Part shown: in pieces, positions 54,466 to 64,000 of the stretch
How positions within the stretch are numbered: position 1 is the first letter of the stretch
Layout of the letters: each line of letters begins with the position of its first letter
Source of the DNA: Antedon mediterranea
Taxonomy: Eukaryota; Animalia; Echinodermata
Assembly: GCF_964355755.1 (NCBI RefSeq)
Contig: NC_092676.1
Coordinates: forward strand, 18,680,871 to 18,744,870
Direction of reading: 5' to 3'
Length of the DNA stretch: 64,000 bases
Position numbers and translations under genes: made by a program
Notes under the pieces: generated by a model
The model's database searches: none
What the model was told of the DNA's origin: nothing
Seen by the model: the letters and a program-made list of their open reading frames with translations, nothing else

Positions 54466-56795
54466 GTACGTGTATAAGTTGCGTACCGAATAATATTGGA
54501 TAGTATGCTTGTGATGTTTTAGTTAATGCATGTTTAAATGATATGATTGTATCGTATTATACTGCTGGCATGCTTCTTTTATCGCTAATTACTCGTTGAA
54601 TAACGTACTGTGTCCTCAATTTATAGTCCATTTAGCAACAGTATCGACTAGCAAACTCTTCTACTAATTTAATCATACCTTATTAGGGCTTTCTTTTTAC
54701 AATAATCTTCAACTGTTATAGTTTCATATTTTACGATTAAGTAGGCCTACATGTAGCGTACAGTACATTCTTACGTTTCTCATTGAAGTTTTCAATTTTA
54801 AAAACTTTAATACAATATTTTGGGGGGTTTTTTGGTCAAAAAGTAATTTGATCCTTATGTTTGTGCTGTTCTGTAAATAGACAAGGGAAGAGTTAAATTA
54901 ATTGATTTAATACATCAACGAGTGAGCGTACTACCGTGGTGGGTACCATGGGTTAAAAGGTCCATTTATTCAAAATATTGAGCCTTGTAATTTTGCATAT
55001 CCAACCTAATTTTATTACCATATTTCATTATTCTAAATAAACGATAAATTCTTAGTTTCCCATCTTCTGCAGTTTTATCAACTCTACTACTTATACTGCT
55101 TTAACCCATGCTGTTTCTTACACAGGTATCTCTTTCATTCAGGTATCCCATAATATTAAAATGACCTTGCAATATCTGACTACCGAATACCTAAAAGTTA
55201 GCATCAATTTCTACTTCAAAATATTGCTTAAGCAATCTGCGTCAAACTTAAGTGTACATGGAGCTGGAACCTCCGAGTCCAAATTAAGAATCAGAAAGAA
55301 CTAGTAGAATTCTGTTGTGAATAAAATTGAAACATTATGAGGCAGGAATTAGGCAAAAAATATTGGGCAATAAAAATATGTTGAGGATAATATTGGCCAA
55401 AATCATACAAGAATATATATAAACATTTTGAAGAATACATTTGACAATTCTTTTTCAAAGTACCTTGGTTTTTGTGGTTGGTTGAAAAATTAAGAAAAAC
55501 TGTCCTAATTTTTAGAAAATTAAATTAAATTACAGTTTTGTTCTTCAGCTCCCATTATACCAAAGATTAGTATCAAATTTGTCAACTTATTATTTAAGTA
55601 TTAACAAAAAGACAAAAGAAGAATGATAAAAGTATTGATTTTGTCTAAAAATCCTTAATTTGATTTTTGAAAGAAGAGAACGAAATTAATGGATACATAT
55701 CTTTATCTTGAACTAAATCTTTCTCATCATGACAAAGGTATTTTTTAGAAAAAATGCCATATCACATAATATGTATGTAGGAGTTTTGCCAAACAGGTGT
55801 TCATTTTGAGGTCATCGTATTGTCTTCTATTGTTGTCATATTGTCTTTTATTAATATTGTTGTCATAGTTGGATTCTTTTCTAAGATTTTTATTTTGTAA
55901 TTTGGGTTAACAACAAAGAGTAAAAAATGATCAAAAAGAGTATAATATAGGATTTAGTTCAATCATTGCATTACAATTCATCTGTCTGTGACAGGTACAT
56001 GTCGACAACCTATTCTATTAAACTGTATTATTGCCTAATGTTTAACAAAACGATAGACTCACTGCAGCCATGCAATATATTGTCCGAGTGGAACCAGATC
56101 TCATTTAATCACACCCCCCTTAACTTATTCTAACTTCGGACACAAGCAAATCTGTTTTAATGCAATCCCAAAATATGCCTAATAAAATAATAATATCCAA
56201 TTCAGCGAAAATGATTTAATAATATTTTTGCGCCCTAATTTAAAAAGGAAATGTAGGCTGTGAAATTCAGTATAATGTACCATAAAGTTTAGTGTCCCTG
56301 CTGTTTCTCGCTAGTTGATGTTGTCCACTCGTAGGGGTTGTTCACCTGTAGTAAGCTTGATAGTGCCAATAGCAATTATAGATAATTAATCGGATCAGCG
56401 ATGTTGATTCATTTAGGCAGCCCTATGGATATAGACCAAAATCAGGCTAGAATTTTAGCTGACATTACTTAAAAGCAGTGTACTTGAAATATACTCCATT
56501 TTATGATACACAGATATCTTTTAATGACTTTTTGATGAATTATTGTGTCTGTTGGAACTGTCAATTAAGACCCTACTAATACTACAGTACTAGAGTTGAA
56601 AAAAAGGTCTGAAGACATTAAAAGGGAATTACTCTACTTAAAAATATTTCTCCACAGCTCAATAATTACATATACAGATAACCTTTATTGTCCAAATAAA
56701 CTGGAAATTGCATTGCTCACTTTATCACAAAGACAGATATAAAAATGAAGTATAAAAATATAACAACAACAAATATAACAACAATAATTAATATA

Positions 56796-58673
56796 ACTAG
56801 ACATGAAACTCGTCACTTTGACGAGTTAGTTATCCGCACGACAAACGCCACGTGCACGTCATACGTTGGAATATTGCACACCGAAAAAGATTATGTCATT
56901 ATGACCTGAACTGAAGAATATGATGTGTTGTTAGTGCTGAATGCTGTATATTTTCTGTCATATAGTACACACAGTATAATCTGTATACATGCCACAAACA
57001 GTGTAAAATAGGTGAAATTACGGGACCCATATTTTATTTTAATTTTTAACATGTTGACGGTTTCAAAAGGAAACGCGAAGGTAGTAATTTCGGAAGAAAA
57101 TTATCTCAGCAACAACATATTAACGTTTAGAAGAAATTTGAATACGTGAAATATTAATGCGCGCTCTTTTAAATGTAATGAACTATGACGCAAAAGATGA
57201 AAATATGACTTTGTTTATTTAACTGGCCATATGATGACATCACAACATCGGATTGGCGAGAAGTTCACATGATTTCGTATCTACAATCCCATAGCTTCCT
57301 GAAAACGTTTTAATCGTGATTATCACATTTTATTCTTACGAGCTATAACAGATTAAAATTTACTGTAAAGATGAAATTAATGACGCTGTTAATTAAAATT
57401 TGTAGGCATGATGACGTCATAAAAATTAAAATATTTTTAACTCATGCGTAAGATAGTTGATTGACCTAGACAATATTAAAATCTCGGAGAAAAAGGAATA
57501 CAGATAGGCGTGATGCGCTCCATTGAATATGATGAGCAATAACAGAAGAGACAAAAATCCTATATTTTACAATCGTGTGGCCATACGATGACGTCACAAT
57601 GTCCGGTTAGCCATATTGATTCATGATCCGATTTCTACAACTCATCAACTTCCAGAATATTTAATTAAAAAAAAGTTCACCTCGTTGTTTAGAATCTATG
57701 ACTGTTTAAAAAAAGGCATAATTTTGACAAATTTTTGAACTTTTTCATCAAAAACGCACGTAAAGTATCCAATTCAACGTGCCCGTATGACGTAATTGTA
57801 AGTCGAAATTGTTTTAAAATTGGTAAAATTACTATTAAAGGCTGGAAAAACATAATTCAATAAAAAAAAAAAACTTTTAGCGCTACGTGCGCACCACGCG
57901 CATAAAATTGTTCACGCGCGTGGGAAATTTTGATATGCTCAAAATGTCATGATCAGCGTAGAAAGTTGATTAAAAATTAATTTTGCGCATTTTGAGTTTT
58001 AAATGCGCGTGCGCGCGTAACTTTGTGTAAGACACGCAATTTTTTTTCCACAGAAAGTTAGCGCATGATATAAATTAAACTTTTGCTAAGTTTCAATTTA
58101 AATTGTTATATGGTTTTAAATCTATGTTAAATACGCGAAATTCATAAAATCGCGCGCAAGTCACGTTGCGCATTTCTGACGTCATTCACAATAGGAGGTG
58201 CACAACTTCACGTGAATGCCCATATGTTGACAAAGTTATGAAATGTTATGTTTACACGTTTTTGAGATACGCGAGACACAAAAACAGAGGAAAAATGCGC
58301 GTGCGCGCGTAACGTCTTGTAAAACATGCCATTTTTAATCCACAAAAAGTTTGCCCTTGATATGACTTAAATTTTCACAAAGTGTCAAAACAAATTTATG
58401 CTTGGTTTTTAGCCTATGATCAATCATAAAAAATCATAAAATCGCACGTAAGTCACGTTGCGCAACTCTGACGTCATTTAAAAATAGGAGGTGCACAACT
58501 TCACGTAAATGCCCATATGTTGACAAAGTTATGAAATGTTACGTTTACACATGTTAGAGAAACGCTCTACACAAAAATGGAAGGAAAGAAATAAGAATAA
58601 TACAGAAAAAAAAAAAAAAAATGATGATCCCATACAATCACAAGGAGTTATCCGCCAAGTGCGGATAACTAAT
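56796..58673 (-). mobile_element. Non-autonomous Helitron/Helentron-like element, copy 2 (inverted, with internal ~290-bp duplication)
   Basis: Colinear reverse complement of copy 1 from CTAG end to 5' hairpin; segment ~58000-58290 repeated at ~58295-58580. Confidence 0.8.
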
Positions 58674-59797
58674 AACAATTTAAAAATTACAGATAATAAA
58701 TATTTAATGCATATTACTAAAATATTTTTAAGGCAATATAATAGAGAATTCAAGAGGTGACCTTCAAGTGACCTTAAAATGAGGTTAATAGAGGAATCAA
58801 GATACGCTATATTAATAATTCTGGCCATGTTATAATTATATGCAAGTCATGTATTAGATTTAAAGTCACAATTATGTGTTAAATCAAAACATAACAGGCA
58901 AGACAGTATAGTAATCACAGCATATTTCCAGGGAGATGTAAAATAAATTATTTTACATCTCCCTGATAATTCTAACTTTATTTCCATCTAATTCATTGAA
59001 TTCCCATACAGAAAAATTACATTTCTGTTTTTATTTCAAAGTAAACATGTACACAATTTGGAAATAAGCAGAAACAGACCCACTTTTGTAGTTTTCCTCC
59101 AGGTGCAATTTGCACTTAATTCTGGGTTAAGATACAAGATGCGTGGCAGGCCTAAATTGTGAACGAGTAAAACCAATTAATCAAATCTAGATGTTAAACC
59201 TCACAATTCCAATAACTAGAACTCCAGCTCAAGTATTTGTAATTAGAAATAGGTTGTAAATTTAAATTAAAGTCAAAACAAAAGCAAAATATTTAGATGA
59301 ATGGGATTTGCGAAGTTTATTTTTATTTGAAATAGAATTTAGTTTATTAATTGACAAGTATAATAAATAGAAGTTTGTTATTTATTGAATTGTTATAACT
59401 GTATATTGAAAATAAATCTAAGAGATAATAATATTATAGTGGAAAGCTAATTTCTCCTACCAGGATTTCAATCATAATTATTTTCTTCAAATGATGAATT
59501 ATTTTAAATACTTGCTCAAAGATTAGTCGAGTGGTTAAGATAATGAAACTGCAAGCCATAATATCAGTACACTAGGCTCAGGCTGTCCTCTATCATAATT
59601 CTGGTGGTAGAACAAGTCTTCTCAGAGAAGGACTTAAACTGGAAGTTCAGTGTACAATCACTTTGTTAAATGGTATGAAAAGGAATTCAATGGGTTTTCC
59701 CCTTTTAACCTTTACTTCTCATGCTATCATCAATGACACCTTTGATGGTTAGAAAACATATTAAAATTACATTCTTCTTTTCAAATTCTCATTTCAG

Positions 59798-59970
59798 GAT
59801 TTACAAGCTGAGATTGAAGCACATCGTAATGTCTTCTCGTCCTTGCAAGATACAGGTTCACGACTCTTGCAGAGCGATGACGTCCAAACAGATGCAGAAA
59901 TACTACAACGTCGTCTTGATAACATGAACTCACGCTGGTCAGGCTTGCAACACAAATCAGCTGAAATAAG
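59798..59970 (+). CDS. DMD: Dystrophin-like exon, equivalent to DMD exon 56 (first common exon of Dp116-type isoforms)
   Basis: tttcag acceptor, ag|gttaga donor, 173 nt, phase 0->2; DLQAEIEAHRNVF...LQRRLDNMNSRWSGLQHKSAEIR resembles DLQGEIEAHTDVY...LQRRLDNMNFKWSELRKKSLNIR. Confidence 0.96.
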
Positions 59971-60696
59971 GTTAGATGAAATACAGATAAAATATGATTT
60001 TTGATTGATACTTTGAATGTTATATAAACTAAATCTGTTTTGCACTAGGTGAATTTATTTGGGTTAATTTAACATTTTAGCTGACAAAAGTTCAGACATC
60101 CCCTGCAATTTTTTATTGCTTACATGCTTGATAAGTGCTCATGAACGCATGAGATCTCATTTCCGAAGTAATTGGTTGCGGTATGTTTTTGGCTTCAAAA
60201 TATGTAGAAACTGTTGAAATAACTGTTTCTGAACCGATATCAAGGAACGTGAATTCAATTAAAATATAAAATATGAATGCGCATAAACTGACACTTTTAC
60301 TGCATTAGAGATAGGGTCACCTAGCCTAAAATTGTTGCAAACACCTTGATTTTCAGGGCCTAAAAGCCTTTTTATAACGGAGATGAGCATTCACTAGCAA
60401 ACATAGGCATTTAAAAATGTAGACAAGGCTAAAAACGCCAGAGGCCTCCAAAGTTGAAGGGAAACTGTTTGGATCACGTTTTTTTCCTACTACTGTATCT
60501 CATTGCATCTTCAATTAAAAAAAAAAACTATGTAAGCGAAACTGTCAAATAGTGAGACTACTAATAGTAATGTATTGTGCGACATATGGAAAGAGGTTAT
60601 TTTACACAAAGCATAATTCATAAGAAAATCAATTGTTCTACCCACTCAGGAAGATAGTCAGATTTGACAAGTGTTTTGTTGTTGTATATTTAACAG

Positions 60697-60853
60697 AAAA
60701 CGCCTTGAAAACAATGCTGCAGAGTGGAATATGCTTCTGATGGACATACAAGAAATGCTCGACTGGATCTCATACAAAGACGCAGAATTAACGCACACGC
60801 AACCAATAGGGGGCGACTACAATACCGTTCAACAACAAAAAGATGATCATAAG
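60697..60853 (+). CDS. DMD: Dystrophin-like exon, equivalent to DMD exon 57
   Basis: taacag acceptor, aag|gtaatc donor, 157 nt, phase 2->0; KRLENNAAEWNMLLMDIQEMLDWISYKDAELTHTQPIGGDYNTVQQQKDDHK with the PIGGD motif. Confidence 0.95.
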
Positions 60854-61147
60854 GTAATCTCTTGGTTTTAAATTTTTGTAAAGAAACGTGTCTTTTGAAC
60901 CCAAGTAACACCGGAATACCTACATTTTGTGTCATGACATTTAAACTATATTCATGTTAAATAATAAGTATTTGTCAATGGTTTTATTGTGTACAATAAT
61001 GGTTTTTATCAGTAATATTATGCGACAATGCATACATTCTGTTCTATACAATGTTGCATGTCACAAGTTTATCTAAGTACCAAGAATTGAGTGGTTTTTA
61101 GCTCCAACTTTTATTTTTACATTTTGATTTACTGTACATTCTTTTAG

Positions 61148-61250
61148 GTGCTAAGAAGCCAAATCCAAGAGAAGAAACCATCGATAGAAAAATGTTTACA
61201 AAAAGGTCGGCTATATGTAGCAGATCACGAAAATGGCTCCATCGATAAAG
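61148..61250 (+). CDS. DMD: Dystrophin-like exon, equivalent to DMD exon 58 (absent from ORF track)
   Basis: ttttag acceptor, aag|gtattg donor, 103 nt, phase 0->1; VLRSQIQEKKPSIEKCLQKGRLYVADHENGSIDK; bridges the phases of the flanking exons. Confidence 0.87.
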
Positions 61251-62012
61251 GTATTGCAACAATTTATAGTTTTTGTAAACATACATAATATGTCTAATAT
61301 TACCTGTATCTTGCATAATAATTACATGATATAATAGTAGAAATCCTGAGGGGACATCTTCGGTACTCATTGAAATGTTCCCTTGGCTTTTTAATTTCCA
61401 TTTTGTTTCACAGTGTCTCCTTATATACTGTATCGTAGAAACCCTAAAGGGACATATTCAGGACAAAAAATGTTTTTCCTTAGTAATTGGCATTTCTCAT
61501 TTTATATCACATAATAATGTCTCCTTAATATGGATGTCCTTTGAATATTGGTGTCCCAGAAGAGACGTTCTATTGGATTTACAAATATTTTACTATTACT
61601 GATCTTATCACAATGTTAACTTTACATGATGAGAATGATTTAGGAAATAATTATTTTCTATTATTTATGCAGGAAAAACATTGTCTGCTAGACATAATGT
61701 AGATCTCAATTTCAGTGCTATAGTATATGATTATAGTAAAGATTTGCATAATAATATAATTATATCAATCATGTTGGGCTGTCTACTACTGTACAGCGCT
61801 TCCCTGTCAAGCACACCATTACATGACCATAAGCAATGTCAGCGAATCCATTACCAGGTTACTCTGGCATGTTGAAATCCATTACGGGTTTATTAGTGTA
61901 TCGTGGTAATTCTATCGTAGCAAATAACAAGGGAAACATTTTAATAACAGTTTTATATCCTTCTGACAGATTAGCAACGTTTTATTAACTGTGGATTTTT
62001 GTATTCTTACAG

Positions 62013-62161
62013 CAGATAATGATGAGATCGGTACGCCGGAAGAACAAGCGCAACAAATTAATCGGAATTTAAAAGATAAGGTGGCACATTTGCAGGAAAA
62101 ATGGAATCAATTGTTAAATCGATCAGATAGCTGGCAGAAAAGAGTTGATGATGTTTTAACG
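62013..62161 (+). CDS. DMD: Dystrophin-like exon, 5' part of DMD exon 59 equivalent
   Basis: tacag|cag tandem acceptor, acg|gtaagt donor, phase 1->0; TPEEQAQQINRNLKDKVAHLQEKWNQLLNRSDSWQKRVDDVLT resembles PPEERAQNVTRLLRKQ...WQRKIDETL. Confidence 0.92.
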
Positions 62162-62383
62162 GTAAGTTTTTACAATGATATTTAATTTGTAATCATAAAT
62201 TTGAATTTTGTCATAAACTATAGTGTGATTGGAAAAAGGCACAACCTGCTCACCCTAAATTTGACCCAATTTAATATGTTCAAGGTTGCTGAGGGTGAAA
62301 GTTCAGTACAGTGCTTGTTACACATGTAAAGTAGATTTATTTTGTAATATCTCTTAATCATTATTTTGATGTATTCTATATAG

Positions 62384-62518
62384 AAAATGCTAGGTTTCCA
62401 TCAAACAATGGATGACCTAAATGCCCGACTCCATGATGCGGAATTAACAAAATCACGATGGCCTGCTGTTAGAGAATTAAGAACAGAGAATATCAGCCAA
62501 CATTTAGATGAAGCCAAA
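62384..62518 (+). CDS. DMD: Dystrophin-like exon, 3' part of DMD exon 59 equivalent (R24)
   Basis: atatag acceptor, aaa|gtaagc donor, 135 nt, phase 0->0; KMLGFHQTMDDLNARLHDAELTKSRWPAVRELRTENISQHLDEAK. Confidence 0.92.
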
Positions 62519-63885
62519 GTAAGCATATTGACTGACCTGGTTTAGGGAAAAAACATAAAAATTGTGTACAGCCAACTACGCCTAACATGTTTATATTCAA
62601 GACCCATTTTAACATTCCTTTTCATTGGAAGAGAATGGCAAAATGTGAAATCTGTTCCAGTCAACTTTCCCAAATTAGGACACTGTTGGATTCATATGAA
62701 AACAGGCTTATCCATAATTTTTTCAGGAATATCTTGTGGGACTTTTTGTACCATAATATTAGGACGACGATTCTGTGGAAGAGTTTCAATTATTACAATT
62801 TATGGAATATTTGAATTGGTATTTTCTTGATAATATTTCATAGATTCTTTTAATGACAATTCTTTGGTATTTGTGTTTTTAGATTCAAAATTAAAACAAA
62901 GAAATTAAATACATAAATGAATATCTTAATTCTTTAAAACATCAATAACAAATATGTATTCTATCAAGTTCATCACGTTCTTCTGAGCTTTTATTAAGTG
63001 AACTCATTTACATTTGATCAAATAAAACGAATTTGATAGTCTGTCAATCTGTCAATGAAATGATAGATAATAGCATTTACATGTACTACATTAACTACAG
63101 TAATATTTCCCAATGTCAGTACATAACCTTGAGAAAAAACACAATTTGCCTCTTTCAAAGAATATTGCATGGATGTTTTGTTCTTGGCTGAGGTAGGAGG
63201 GTTACCCCCTTTAAACTCTTAGACCCAACCTAATTTTAACACACCACCCCTCCATAACCATCTCAAAACTTCTCTAGCGACATCCCTGCTATCAATATAC
63301 TACAGCTAAAATAATTATTTTTCATTGTTTTAAAAATTCATATACTGTGAATATTATTTCATTTCTCTTGCAAATCCATATCATATCATAGTACAGTTAA
63401 TCCAATTTTTCTTCTCATAATATAACGTATACCCCTGTGAATAAATACCTTTTAGTTTTTAAAACAATTTCATCTAGTAGATAATTGCCTATTATGAGGT
63501 TATCATTGTTTATCAAACCAGAGATGAGCACAATTTATAAATTAAGCCTTGTTAAAATATATAACCAGTGACATGACCTCCATAGGGAATGATAGAAAAA
63601 TGTATCCATTTAAAAGTTGATCTTTGACATTGCATATTATTATTTAATTGCATTAGTGTATGAGTGAATGAATTAATCTGTTTTAAATTATTGGTTTATA
63701 ATAGGTTGTTCTCTGTATAATAAATTAATTTGTCGCGAGCTATAATTGGGTTTTTAGGTCACTAAAATATAACTGGTTATTACATAAGAGATGCTTCCGA
63801 AAGATGCTTCAAGATATGTAATAAGTGAACTCAAATATCACACAGCAAATAATCATAAGGTATTTTGGTTTTTTTTCTCCATCAG

Positions 63886-64000
63886 AAATTTCAAGAAAAA
63901 ATAGTTACAATTCAGAAAAACGTTGACCACATGAACAGGGTATCTCAGCAATTTTCACCACTTGGTGTTACGTTAAGTATGTCCAATTCAAGTCGAATGG
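63886..64000 (+). CDS. DMD: Dystrophin-like exon, equivalent to DMD exon 60 (truncated by window end)
   Basis: ttttctccatcag acceptor, phase 0; KFQEKIVTIQKNVDHMNRVSQQFSPLGVTLSMSNSSRM resembles EIAPLKENVSHVNDLARQLTTLGIQLSPYN. Confidence 0.92.

Noticed and set aside
55108-55125. Mini-ORF MLFLTQ ending at CAG|GTATCT in phase 0
   Set aside because: Six codons, weak donor and start context; expected by chance.

Overview
AT-rich eukaryotic (animal) genomic DNA, not prokaryotic. The window is an internal part of one + strand dystrophin/utrophin-family gene. I could splice 17 GT-AG exons (1911 to the window end at 64000) into one open frame encoding spectrin repeats ~R17-R24 and hinge 3. They correspond to human DMD exons 44-60; eight have exactly the human exon length as I recall it, human 49+50 are fused here and human 59 is split. 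This suggests an invertebrate deuterostome-like animal (inference). Introns carry MITEs (Harbinger-, hAT-, Kolobok-like), two inverted copies of a Helitron/Helentron-like element, LINE fragments, tRNA-derived repeats and tandem arrays. The most interesting signal is in the 24.8 kb intron equivalent to DMD intron 55, where vertebrate Dp116 starts. It holds several short ATG...phase-0 donor units that splice in frame to the exon-56 equivalent. Two encode apparently paralogous 17-aa peptides (MIEINLTLQNLLKSFED / MLTVYLSIKFLLRRFEK), suggesting a cluster of alternative first exons for Dp116-like isoforms. This is a sequence-only prediction needing transcript evidence.
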